From NCBI RefSeq assembly GCF_018977255.1, contig NW_024704742.1:110610001-110674000 (forward strand): a stretch of 64,000 nucleotides of DNA, read 5' to 3'. The translations under genes were made by a program, and so were the position numbers. Each line of letters opens with the position of its first letter. Position 1 is the stretch's first letter. Of the stretch, positions 13,551 through 26,835 are shown in pieces. This DNA is from Callorhinchus milii (lineage: Eukaryota). The notes below the pieces were generated by a model, which had not been told where the DNA came from, ran no database searches, and saw only the letters and a program-made list of their open reading frames with translations.

Positions 13551-13868
13551 GGAGACCTGTAGCTCAGTGGTTAGAGCACTCGCCTCGCAAGCGAGACACC
13601 TGGGTTCAATTCCAGGCAGGGCAAAACCTTGGGCAAGTTTCCTTACTCCACACACAGCCTAATAATAATCCCTCCAAAAACAAAACAAAAAAAAATTGGT
13701 CACTTTCAATCCACGATTGTTTGTGGGATACTGCTATGCGCAATTGGCTGCCATGTTTCGCCAACAAATATACAGTCAATTCACTTTACAGTCTATTCTG
13801 TGAAGCGCTTTGAGACGTCCTCCCGACGTGAAAAGCGCTATATCAAATGCAAGGATTATTATTATTAT
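13551..13868 (+). mobile_element. Young tRNA-derived SINE (short form) with L2-type 3' tail and (ATT)n
   Basis: A box TAGCTCAGTGG, B box GTTCAATTCC, CORE-like CCTTGGGCAAGTTTCC, tail AAGCGCTTTGAGACGTC...ATCAAATGCAAGG(ATT)n. Confidence 0.93.
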
Positions 13869-16800
13869 AAACCCATCTATCCAAAATAAAACAAAACGGT
13901 AAGTAAACCTACCTTACTCTCTCCTCCCTCATACCCCTCAATCAACCTATTCACCGAGCAACCCTCTTGATATTGCTGACACAATCTGCCTCCAGCACCT
14001 CTAAGAGCAGTCCACTTCACACCGTTGAAGCATAGCACAGTAAAGAGTGGCCAATAATAATAATAATGTAATAATAATCCTTGTATTTGATATAGCATCT
14101 TATCACGTAATTGAGACATCTCAAGATTGAACTGTAAAGTGATATACTGTAAAGTGATATGACTGTATGTATTCTGTGAGTGAAGGCGGCCCCCAAGTTG
14201 TACACAGCAATGTCCCACAAACAACAATGGACAAGAAAATAAGAAAAACAACAGAGAATTGGTTGGAAAAAATCCCCTTGAATATTATCAGATTGCATGT
14301 TTTAAATCCTTGAAATCATATGACATATGAGACTTTCTTGACAGTCAAGTTGAAATTTGGATTGTAGCAGCCTACAATTGATAGTGCCAGACATAGCTAT
14401 TTGAATGATTCAACCACTTTTACACCATCCATCAATTCAACACAATAGGTACAATCAGCCTCATTTGTTGGCAAACCTGCCTGAGGAATATATACCAGTT
14501 GACATTTTTGGGGTTTTTGTGAATTGCCAGCAATGGAAGAAACTATTTCAAGACTTTTAACAAATGCACCAGATTCAACTTCCTTCTAAACCTTCCTACC
14601 CCACCTCGTAGTCACCAGCACCAGGTTCCGAAATGAATCTTGGCTCCCAATGTTTATATGTGATGATATTTCATGATACATTACATGACTTTTACTGCAC
14701 TATGCAACTGACTAGCACACAGAAAATGCTTGCCTCTTGATTTTAAAATAAATGAAGAATGACATAGCACTTTTACTCTTCAGATGGTTGGTTAGCATGT
14801 TTGGACGACTAAGTAGGAATTGGACACTGTGCTATGACCCACATCAAAAGTCCTGTCTCACAACCTGATCTTGATTCCTTGAGAAATATTAGCTTGGTGA
14901 CAGGCACAATAGGCTTCCTATCACATATGATGCAGAATATGACATTGGGTGACCTGCAAGAACAGTAAGGAGACAAAGAGAAAGGGACCCAGAAGATGAT
15001 TGATTATTTGCGGACGATCTATAGTTTTAAAAAAATGTTTTTGAAACTCAATGTGAGTCCTATTTTATTCTTTTACGGGATCTTTAGTCTGAACCATTCA
15101 CTTCATTGTAGTCCAATAGTTATTATTGTGCAAGTGCTTAATAAAATAAATTATGAGTTTNAAAAAGCCTGAAATTGTTATTTGTGCAGTGGTTTGAATG
15201 ACTGTACAAGTCAATCTGATTTTTCACAAAGGAATTCTATGTGTTTTACCTGGTCATTCCTGAATCTAGAGTTCAATTCAGCAGCTATACTTGACTGAAA
15301 GCAAGTGAGATGGCATTCATAAGAAAGTGTGGGAAGCCATTGCACAAAATCAAATAACTTATTATAATAATCATTCAATACAGCGCCTTGTCATGTCACC
15401 ACAACTAATTTTAAGGTGAAACTAAGTTTAAGAGGACAATTTTGTTAGAATAAAATATTTTAGAAAACTCTGCCACATTTAGACACAAAAGTGAGTTTAA
15501 TGATGCTACTGCTGATTTAATCATAGAATTCCTATGACCATCAGGCCTGTTGTTGCCAGTGTTTTAATCGCTGGAAAGAAAAACATTGTAACAGTTTGTG
15601 TTTGACCTAATTATGGTTAGTTTCAATAACAAACCACCCTGTGTGGCAGCCAACATTGCTCAGCCATATTTGCAGATAAGCCTGATTCAGAAACTAGCTT
15701 GACCAAAGGTGCTCCAATGAATTAACGCTAACCTTAAATTTTTCATATAAATAAAACCTGGAGGTTTAGTAGAGTACTTATTTTTATACAGGATAATGTC
15801 TTACACAACGTGTTTATCTGAGAACATAAAAAAGTCTGGAATAAGAAAACAAATTGGCCATAGAACCATAGAAATTTACGGCACAGAAGAAGGCCATTCG
15901 GTCAATCTTGTCTGTGGCAGTTCCCTCAAGAGCAATCTCTTCAGTCCCATTTATCTGCCTTTCCTCATAGCCCTACAGATTACTCTTTTTAGGAGAGAAA
16001 AACATTGGGCGCATTCCCTTTTGCAGCTACCAGGTACAATTTGTTATAGATTTGATCCAAATTATTTAATCTCCTGGTAGATGTGAGTAACTACAGATAG
16101 TGGATAGGTGGCAATAGGCAACGATATGAAGGAGCAGTAAAGAACAGCACAGCCAGGATGGCTCATTGGCAGGACTTGGAAGGGCAGACCAGTCAATGTG
16201 GGAAGGGTCTCTTTCCATTCAACTCTTGTTACCCCTGCAAGCCAAAGCTCTAATTGGTAGCTGGACCTAATTGTACAAGTAGTGGGAAACCTTGCCAGAC
16301 AGTGCTCACAAAGGCAGGCTATGTAGTTCTAGCTGCTTGAACTCCAGACTACCCGCACAATATGGGGTTTCCAAATCTTGGCTCTTGCCAACATGTGCTG
16401 AATACTATCTGGAATTAGGTAACCAGGGTTCATCCTTCCAGGGAGAGAGTGTGCATTTCTTTTCAGATATGGGGAAATTTGTATTTGTAGGTAATACACA
16501 TATGTGGAAACCTTAACTGGTTTGGATTCCTAAGTATGGTGATTTGGTTTTGCATTTTTCAAGCAACTGTCTGACTGAAAGAGAGCAGCAAATGAAAAGG
16601 CCATTGAGGCTATGTTTGTTAGCTTCACTGGAGCTATCAACTCGTAACCACTAGTATAAAACAAGAATTAATTAAGAAAGGTATGTATTGATTTAGTGAT
16701 TCACTATTAGATCATAAATATATTCTACTAGAGCTTCATTTCGGGCAACTTTACAGCAATTTGAACACACTTGCTAAGTCTGCCATAATATAATATTCTG

Positions 16801-19562
16801 TTGATAAGTAACTCTGTGTCATTAATCTAGGAATAAGAATAACTGTTTACAATGACTTAAAAAAACTGTTCCTTAGGGATCCACAGGTGCAATAGAAAAG
16901 CAATGAGTCTATAGATTTTAAAATATCTTCTCCTAGTCAACATCCAATAAGGCAACTATCTAAATGAAGAATTATATCTAATCCAGCCAAGAAAAGTATC
17001 CCCAATTGAATCCATTTGAAGACTGCAGGCTGCCTCTAAGTTGTGGTTTAGTTAACCATAGCTGTCAATGTTGGAAAAGCAATAGTATTTCAATTTAGGA
17101 TCATTAAAGAGTTGGTATGGACTCCAAAGCCATTTAAACATATTTACTGTAGCTCATCTGTTTATTTTCAGTGATTTACATCAAAATAGCTGCTTCTATT
17201 TGGTGAAGCATAGAATGGTTTAGATACTAGTACAGTTGTAACTTTTATTTAAAGGAATGTTTATTTGTTGCACATTCTAGATTAGTGGCAGTAAATGAAA
17301 TATGGTCAGAATGGTTTGTTGCTGGTGGCCACAATGGTGGGGTGGGTTTAGCTATGCATGTATACACAGGATCTACCCTACCTTGGCTAATTGTGATTAC
17401 GTTAGATTATATTTTTAACTCAAAACGAGTGTCAAACTGAATTAGTTATATCGACAGTTCTGATCAAAGTTCAAAATGAGAAATCCTAAATAATCAGCCC
17501 AGATCCTTTATGACACTTAGAAGTATCAGACTTGTTCATTCTCTAACAGTAGCTTCCCACCTAGATTATTGGAAAGAATGCTGCTCCAAGTTTGGAAACA
17601 TCAATTCCTTTAACCTCTGCTGAGGAAAGAACAGCTAAAATAGGTGTTCATTTGTGTCCTGATTGTCTTAATCTGTGTACTATCTACAGCAGGAACAGGA
17701 GAAGAACCAAGGACCATTTAATTTTAAGGTCACACTGCCCCAGTCTGACCCTATATCATTTCCTGCCATTAAACTAGAATGTGGAACAAATGTATGTTCC
17801 TTTAAATAGAAGATATCGCACTTCCCAGGATATATTATAAAGTGTAGTGATTATGTATTGTGTAGGTGAATGCAGCAGCCATTTTGTGTGCAGCAATGTA
17901 CCACAAACAGCCACAATGTTAAGGATCAACTTCATATGGGAGATTGTCGACCAGGAAAAACTGGGAAAAACTCCCTTCTCTTTTTGAATAGTACCATGAC
18001 ACCAGCAGACAGGACCGTGGTTTAATGTCTCGTCCAAAGGACAACACTTCCAACAATGCAGTACTCCCCCAGCAGTGCACTGGAGCAGCAACCTAGACCA
18101 GCTTCAACTGTGTTCTGAGCTTCACCAGTACTAAGCAACAGGTATTGGATCACTGATTCTGTGACTTCGAAGAGTTTGGCTCAATTGAGAATTTGATAAG
18201 ACAGAAATAGGTTGACAAAATACCTGGTGCACAAAATTTCCACCTCCTGCAGAAAGTAGTTATTTTGGGAAGTTCAAATAAATATAAGAAAAGTAATATC
18301 CAGCCAAGTGTAACATGGCAGTGGTCTGGCTGACCCATCGCTGAAAACCACATAGAAACTACCTCTATGGAGTGATCTAAACTGCAATAAGATAATAATA
18401 ATAATAATCTTTGAATTTGTTACAGTGCTTTTCATGTTGGGAGCACATCTCAAAATGTTTTATAAGATTTACTCTAAAATGTATTGACTGTATTTTGTAG
18501 GGAATCGCAGCAACAAATTTGCGCAAAGCAATGTCCCAGCTCATGGCTGCCAGTGAGGAGCAGACTGAATAGGTGATTGAGCAATATAAGCATAGGACTC
18601 AAAAGAGAAAAACAGCTTTTGGCTGATGAAAGTGAATGCCGAGTAGCAGAATATTATCTTAGCCTTAGCTCCAAAAAAGAATCAGAGTTAAGTCAGTATT
18701 CTGCAAGATGGTAGTCCAGTACTGTGCTCCATAAACTGAAAATCATATATGTGCATGACCAGCCACTCACCTAAAGAATCTGGAGGTGGTGGGGGGGTGG
18801 TGGTGGGTTTGGGGAAGTGTTAACAAATTAAAAATTAACTGTCTGCATTTTCTCAACAGCATGTTAATTAACACAACATTAATTAGAATGTCACTGATCA
18901 CAATTTTGACCACACTGAGCATGAATGTGTTGAACTATAATAATTGGAGATTAATATAAAATGAAATTGTTGCATTTGAATTGCAATAATCCTTGTATTT
19001 GATATCAACCCTTCCACATCAGGAGGATGACTTAAAGTGTTCACAGGATATACTGTAAGTATAGTGACTGTTTTTTGTTGGAGAGCATAGCAATCAATTT
19101 GGACAAAGCAATATCCCATAAATAACATGAAGTGAGTGACCAATTTTTTTTGGGGGGGTGAGAAAGCTTGTTAGCCAGGACACCATGACAAAACTCCCCT
19201 TCTCTTCTGGATTGGTGACATGGGATTTTTAATGTCCACATGAAGAGACAAGACAGGATCTCCATTTAAGGTTTCATCTGAAGCCGGCACCTCCAACAAT
19301 GCAGGGCTCCCTCAGCACATAGCACTGCCCCAGTCAGCCCAGATGGCTAGCTCACAATCTATGTGAGCTTAAAGTCCTACCCACAACCTTCTAACTCAGA
19401 GATGAGAGCGATACCAACTGAGCTAGGCTTCCTCCCAACATTAGTAGCTTGCAAAACCTTTTCATACTTTGAACCAGCCAGATGGATCAAAAATGGCCTT
19501 TTCCTGTCCTGCACATTCCAATATTGTATTTCTAAAATTCACAGACAGCAAAATCAAGGATC

Positions 19563-20258
19563 AACAACATCAACAACTTGGATTTATATAGCGCTCTCCA
19601 CGCCGGACGGCGTCTCAGAGCGCTTTACAATAATGGATCCTGGGACCGAGCCAGGGGGAGGAAGGTGACCAGAGGCGCGGTCGAAAAGAAAGGTCTTCAG
19701 CAGAGACCTGAAAATGGGAAGGGAGGGAGCGAGGCGAAGGGAGTGAGGAAGGCATTTCCAGAGCCTCGGGGCATAGTGGCTGAAGGCACGGCCGCCGAGG
19801 GTGGAGCGGAGGACTCGGGGGACGAGGAGGAGGCCAGACCCGGTGGAACAAAGGCAAGGGGTACTGTGTTGAGGAGAGAGGAGGTCAGAGAGGTAGGGGG
19901 GTGCAGAGGAGTGCAGAGACGTGAATACAAGGGTGAGGATCTTGAAATCGATCCTCTCTGGGATAGGCAGCCAGTGCAGTCTGGCAAGGATTGGGGTGAT
20001 CAAAGAGCGGAGTTTCGTGCAGGTGAGAATACGGGCGGCAGAGTTTTGAATGAATTGGATTTTATGGATGGGAGTGGAGGGGAGACCGGCGAGGAGGGTG
20101 TTAGTGTAGTCCAGCCGAGAGGTGACAAAGGCATGGACCAGGGTTTCAGGGGCTTTTGGGGAGAGGTATTGGCGGAGACGGGCGATGCGTCAGAGGTGGA
20201 AGAAAGCGGTGCTGGTGAGGGACCAGATGTGGGGGAGGAAGGATAATTGGGGGTCGAA
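19563..20258 (-). mobile_element. L2 LINE 3' fragment, second subfamily (tail AAGCGCTCTGAGACGCCGTCCGGCGTGGAG...)
   Basis: ORF ITPILARLHWLPIPERIDFKIL...GGRAFS..APRLW; (TTG)n tail. Confidence 0.92.
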
Positions 20259-20316
20259 GCTGATCAGCTGAAGGAAGCTGCAGCAAAACATTCCCACCTA
20301 CTGAGAAATCACTTAC

Positions 20317-20345
20317 CTCAAATCAAAAACACCAACATCTGCCAT
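20317..20345 (-). CDS. Possible start-codon exon (MADVGVFDL-), gene unknown
   Basis: ATGG followed by 29 open nt ending at a consensus donor AG|GTAAGT, with a possible acceptor (gattttAG) near 20360. Very short, so chance is plausible. Confidence 0.2.
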
Positions 20346-20457
20346 TTGAAAAATTAACCCTAAAATCTCAAACTTCAATGACTTCAACAACTTCCCTGTC
20401 ATGCTACAGAAATATTTTTCCTCTCCAGTTAGTGTTGTATATGGAGACATTTTTCAC

Positions 20458-20560
20458 TTTGACCTCAAAACCTGACCTTTGGCCTTGAAAGCACACATTT
20501 TAACTGCGTCGTTGAGAATAAAGACAGGTTGTGACCTGCACATTTGCCCTTTGCCCAATG
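20458..20560. promoter_or_regulatory. Cluster of nuclear-receptor half-sites and DR1-like elements
   Basis: TGACCTTTGGCCT (20473-20485), TGCCCTTTGCCCA (20545-20557) and extra TGACCT at 20460 and 20532, all within 100 bp. Confidence 0.3.
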
Positions 20561-22934
20561 CCTATGTGTACTTGAGGTTGAGATCACATTTATCTTCATC
20601 TTTTGTCAGTGTCAATCTCATAGATTAAGTATTATGGGTTATGTTACAAGTTAGCCACTTAGTGCGCAATAATAAAAAACAAGCTTTCCCTGCACATGTC
20701 TGAAAATTCTTGGTCAAAGATGGGTGACAAGATTCCTTTCAATTCCTTTGAGAAAGACAGCAACTTTCAATGTCAAAGGCAAAGACTGCATTTCAAAATG
20801 AGGTTTGGTTCTCAACGAGATTGGAAGATTGATTGAAAAAAAGAGTTTTGCTCACTTCATCATATTTATAAATAAGATCAAACCCGATCAATTACTGAGA
20901 CATTCAATTAACTTTCTCATATGTTATCACAACCATGCACTTATCTCAGTGATATCAGGATTTCATCAGATTTTTATTGTTTGGCTTTCCACCATTTTAA
21001 AGGGGTCTTTTAAACTGAGCAGCTAACAGCGCTGATATAATGTACATTAAATAGCCTCTTTCACGTCAGGAGAATGTCTCAAAGTGTTCACAATGCTGGC
21101 TGAACACCCGGGACGGAAAAGATGGCCGAATGCATAGTCAAAGAGGTAATTCTTCTAAAGACACTATATACAACTATTCTGAGAAAAACATGTAAGTACT
21201 AATATATACACTAAATACACAAATGTCTGACACTTCATTGATGCCTGATGATATGATGAAGTGAGCTTCAAAGAGGCTTGCCTGACAACCAAGGAAACAT
21301 ACTAAACTGAGAAAGATTGGATGTGCTAACATATGCTTCCGTTTTTGTGTACAGAGGGCACACAAATATCACTGAATAGGCATTAATGGCAGAGTGACAT
21401 TTACCTGAATTTACAAACAGTGAAAGTGGCCTAAAGGCACTTTGGTGCTCTCTGCGCTTTAGAGAATTTTCACTTACGAACAGCACAACGAGAAATCGCC
21501 ACATCCCTGTGAGGGTTTTAAGGGCTCACAGTATATCTAACACCACTGATATGGCAACAGAGAGGTGGAGGTAACCAATAAAAGAACAGCTTCAGTTGCT
21601 GGTATTTAGTAGGCTGCAATCCTCTTTTAGCTGTGTAATTGCCCTTCTCTCCATGGATAAAAGACATAGTATTTCCTTTGAAAGGGCCTGTGACTGGCAA
21701 GTAGCCCAGAAAGTCCTTCAAAACTGGCCCTTGAGAACTAGGGCTGCATCAAAAAAGGGCTACATTAAATCCACTTTGTCTGATCTCTTCTCAGTCCACT
21801 CAAGGACATGCACAGTGAAATAGCTGCAAAGCTTTGTACTGTTAGCACAAGCCGTGGCTTGCTCATCAAGATAATGACGAATTGCTTTTAAACTTGCAGA
21901 GAACTGGATTGAGATGAATGGCTTGTTTGGCTTCTTACTCAGCAGTACTGTATTTTCTTTTTAGTTTATCACCACATACTTTTCACATCCATAGGGAGAT
22001 TAGTGTTCTTTGGGAAATGGAAATTGCTAATACACATCCATCAAGAGACAGGAACGAACAATGATAAACAATATGGATGGCACATTTCATTTTTCATCAA
22101 AATCCAATAGAAAATCATACATTTTTCAAATAGTCAGTAACAGATTGCGAAGCGAAGAAAAATTTTACAATTTATTGTTATCCATGCAGCCAATTTGGGC
22201 ACTCTTGTTCATTAGGCTAATGTGTATATAAGGCAGTTGAAATGCCAAAGCATTGCAGAATTTAGTATCAACTTAAATTCCATTACCTGGCAGGCATTAA
22301 TTGCTTACTGAGCGTGGGGATTCTTCCCAAGGGTGTTATATGTTTCCTCTGTCATTTCACTAACTATTCTGTCTAGACGGACTTAAAGCCCTTAATCCAC
22401 CACAGGGATCAATAAACTGCACAATAATTCAGTCCTAATAATTAGCTTTCACTTAAACACAATTGGTCATTTCAGTGTGAACTGCAGTACAAAATGATAA
22501 TGAAATAATTAAAAAGACAGATGAAAGGAAGGCTTCGCAGGAAAGAAGCTGTAGCATCCAATTAACAACACTCCCATTTATTCAAACCTTTATTCCAACC
22601 ACATCCTTGCAAATTCTTAAAACAATACCTAAACCCTTCCCGTCTAAATTGGAACATTAGTTACATTGTGTATACCAGCCCAAAAGAGACAAGAACTCCT
22701 AGAGCACTGCAGGGAATAACAAGGCGTAAGATGTTCAGAGTGGAGGTTCTCTGGCCATTACGTGTCTCATTCTATTTCATCATTTTGGTCACCTACTGCC
22801 AGGATATTGAATTTCTGGATGAGTTACCATTGGTAGCATATTTAAGATCAGTAACACATCCCTTAAAGCATGATGTTATGGTTTGATCTTCTGAGCGCTA
22901 CCAGTGGCCAGCTATTGACACCCTAAATTAAGTA

Positions 22935-23600
22935 TCAGCCTGGCTTAGTTGGTAGCACTCTTGCTTGTCTATCAGAGGGCTTTGGGTTCAAGACCCACAT
23001 CGGGACTTTGAGCTTATAGTTTAGGTTGACCTTCCAATGCAGTACTGGGGGAGCACTGCATTGTCAGAGGTGCTGTTCTTCAGATGAGATCCACCAAAGT
23101 GCTGTCTGACTGTTCAAGTGGACATTAAATATACTGTACTATTCAAATATATATGGGCGTTTTACTTGCTATCCTTGCTTACAATCCACTGATTTTTAAA
23201 AAATGGCCATTCACTTTATGCTTGCTTGTGGAACATTGGGCAAGTTTCCTTACTCCACACGCCTAATAACAATCCCTACAAAACAGAACAATAATAAAAA
23301 AATTGGTCATTTCCAATCCACGATTGTTCGTGGGACATTGCTGTGCGCAATTGGCTCCTGCGTTTCGCCCACCAATATACGGTCAATCCACTTTACAGTC
23401 TTCTGTGAAGTGCTTTGAGACGTCAAGAAGATGTGAAAAGCGCTATATCAAATGCAAGGATTATTATTATATTATTATTATTGCTGTGTGCGAATTGGCT
23501 GCTGTGTTTGCCTATATATACATAGTCACTACATTTAAAGATAGCTTTGTGTAGTGCTTTGAGTGTTTTAATATGATAAAACTTTATTAGAATTGTAAGG
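22935..23600 (+). mobile_element. Ancient Deu-domain SINE (SacSINE1/AmnSINE1-like) with a younger SINE nested at ~23235-23482
   Basis: tRNA-like head, then CCAATGCAGTACTGGGGGAGCACTGCATTGTCAGAGGTGCTGTTCTTCAGATGAG, matching the Deu-SINE body as recalled. Confidence 0.75.
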
Positions 23601-25484
23601 ATTACAATTATCAGCCCAAAAGCTTTTCTGTTTTTTTCTATGCTCATAAATAAGTAGCTGGCACATTGGGTGAGAAGGTTCATTATAATATTTTAATTTC
23701 TCTTTGTGAAAGCAATGTGGTGTTGGAATCATATTGTTTTGTTTCATGTTTTATAATTTATTGAAACTGTCTTGAGGTTCAGTTATAAAAGCTAACTAGT
23801 TTTAACAAATTAAAATAAGTGATAATATGATATTAGAGATGAATGATACTTCACAGTATGTGAAGTTGTGACNTTTTTTTACCTCCAATTTTCTCACTTG
23901 CTTTTCTGAAATGATAAGGGGGTAATGGGGTGAGGGGGTGGGAGGGGGCAAGTAGTATAAGTAGGATGTACCTGTAGTTGAATTGGCTCTGAGTTGACCT
24001 GTATGGTGAAGTGATAATTTTGGAATAATCCCAGGTAATGCTAGTGGTAGACCATCATGTCTGGTTCATCACTGAGACTTTGGAGATTGTGGACATATCC
24101 TTATGACCTTCACCCTTATGAGCCAAACTCCTAATGAGTAGGGTCACTCTGACTTGGCAAGTACTGTGAACAGTATTGGCTCTTTGTACGGGTGAGCTGC
24201 ACAGTTCTCATCGAGATTTAGCTGTCCTGAAGGTGCTAAATCATGACTCAATTTCACAATCATCCTCCAGTATCTTATTCTCTTACTTACCAAACCTTCC
24301 CACCACTTTGTATTTTCGATGATACTGAAAATGCACAGAGAAAACGAGAGAAAGAGAAGAAAATAAATAAGGAAAGAACTTATATTTTACAGCGGATTAT
24401 CATGTTTCAGCATTTCAAAGTGTTTTACATTAATTGCTATCAGGTGAAGGGACTGTTTTTGTAGGCATACATAGCACCAATAGCCCTGAAACAAATGCCC
24501 AAAACATCTGGAAAATTGTTGGACAGGAAGCTCATTTCTGAATAGAACTGTTTTTTTGCAAACGAGCTACAACATTACACACTTACTAACATCTGCTTTT
24601 TTAAGCTTCAGACACATTCTGGGAATTCTTCATCTTTTACATCTGAAACTTTATTTTCTTATATCATCCAGTCACAAACTAACAAACTAACTTGTGTTAC
24701 ATCTTTAGCTTGCTGGGCCTGGATTGAACAAAATCTTTTTACAAGACACATTTTAACCATGGTTTTAATATGCTGTTCAGATCAATGAATTTGTAATATA
24801 CGCTTCCCCCAAGTACTATAAACAAGTGAGATACAGGACACCACATTGATTATACTGCAATTTTTCACAATCTCGAAAAACCATCAGAAAAAACATGTGA
24901 ATGGAAGTATAAGTGAACAAATAGCTTTAGGTTCCATCATTCTTTGATTCCAAAAAACAAATCGAAGAACATATTTTCATGCTCATTATAATTCTAAAAG
25001 CTTTCTAAACTTTTTTCAGATACGTAACCCCTCAAGCTACAGATTTGAAAGGCTGGCCCACAATTGCTCTTGAAGGCAATGTGCAGCCCAGACTATTAAG
25101 TAGTAATTCACATATAATTCACATGCATAATTATTTATTTCCAGTGATGTGAATTATCACTTTGGGACAGTAGAAATGTCACCTACAATCATAAAATAAA
25201 ATAAAGATATTCTATCACATTGCTTCCAAAAGAACTAAATTAAACATTTGAAACCGCTACCTTTATTTAAGGGGATACTGTCAGGAAATAAACATTTTGC
25301 TTCTCTTTTCCATATCTGTTCCCATTCAGACATAAAACTAGGAACCCACCTTTACATCTAACCAGGGAACGTGAAGTTGGATTTTATGAATGGTCAAATG
25401 ACAACAAAGTAAATTAAGGAAACTTTTTACAGAGATGAATTCAGTGTGCCCGGTGGTGCAATTAATAATTGTCAAGTTTGGAGG

Positions 25485-25888
25485 AATGATAATAATCCTT
25501 GCATTTGATATAGCGCCTTATCACATCTTCGAGCTGTATCAAAGTGCTTCACAGAATAGACTGTAAAGTGAATTGACTGTACATTTTGTGGGTGAAACGG
25601 ACAAGAACTCCCAGAGCACCCAGGGAATAACAAGGCAATTGCGTACAGCAGTGTCCCACAAACAGTCATGGTTTGAAGTGACCAATTTATTATTATTATT
25701 TTTTGAAGGAATTATTCCCCCCAGAAAAGTGATCCGCCAATTGACTAACAACTGGGTTCCTACTTCCTGCTAGGCAAACAGAGGCATATAGAGTAAGAAA
25801 ACTTGCCCAACATTTCGCCCTGCCGGGAATTGAACCCAGTTCTTTCGCTTGTGAGGTGAGTGCTCTAACCACTGAGCTACAGGAATCC
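25485..25888 (-). mobile_element. SINE, long form with an extra internal CORE-like segment; carries a 37-bp foreign insert
   Basis: Same head and tail as the short form plus ~70 bp (GCCTCTGTTTGCCTAGCAGGAAGTAGGAACC...GATCACTTTTC). Confidence 0.9.
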
Positions 25889-26835
25889 ACAATGACAGCG
25901 CCTCAGGATGGTCATGGTCAAAGGGGAAGGTCTTGAGGGCTGTAAGATTGAATTCAGGTCTCTCTCCCTATCTTGATTCATGCCCACCTGCTTTCACTGC
26001 CTGGGTTTCTCCCTGTTCTCGTCTTGGCAGCTGAGTGAAACATTCCACAGTTGTGAGGCACTCCATCTCAGGAGAGGCAAAATGCCATCACAAACAGTGC
26101 TGCCTGCAGATATGTACATCCTGCCAGGCCAAATCTAGTAAGTGCTAACCTTTCAGGTATGAGAGTAAAAAAGGACCATTTTAATCCTTCTAAATCACAG
26201 TGTTTTAAATTATTATTGTTACAATTCTCCAGTCGTATGGGGCCCTGTTGGGCAGGAAAGAAGCCAACTGCATCATACAGTATTTGGATGCAATTTCTAT
26301 GAATCATTTCAACCCAAACCAATGATAAGATCTCCTGGCATACATGTGCTGTCAATGTCCACAATAAGATACTTGAGAACCCATCAGGCCAGAGCATTTC
26401 TGTGCAGTGTCACCTCTTGTGTAGACTTGCTCCTGAATCTGGAGTATAAATGACATTCGTACATGCAATAATTGAGCAACCATTCATTATGCTGCTACAA
26501 ATTCCTCACACTGCAAGAGTTCCATTTCAGCTCCTCCAACTACAAATTTATGGTTAGACATTATTTGGTTGAAGTGACTTTTTTTATTAAATTAGACATA
26601 ACTTACATTGTACATTGTTTTGGTCCCCATTCATCTCCTGACAAGTTGCTCCAAAGGTGATGCATGGAACAAGTGTTATGGGTTTGCACCTGTTATTTTC
26701 TGATTTCATATTATTGGACAGAGCTCAGGCGCTCAGGATACCATCATACAGGATTTACTGTAAAGTGTAATAACTGTGCATTCTGTAGGGAAATGTGGTA
26801 ACCAATTTGAATGCAGCAGTGTCCCACAAGCAGAC

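Noticed and set aside
19578..20246. 222-aa Gly/Glu-rich plus-strand ORF (and similar ORFs at 6676-7931, 36362-37058, 37607-38344)
   Set aside because: Antisense frames of L2 ORF2, not host genes.
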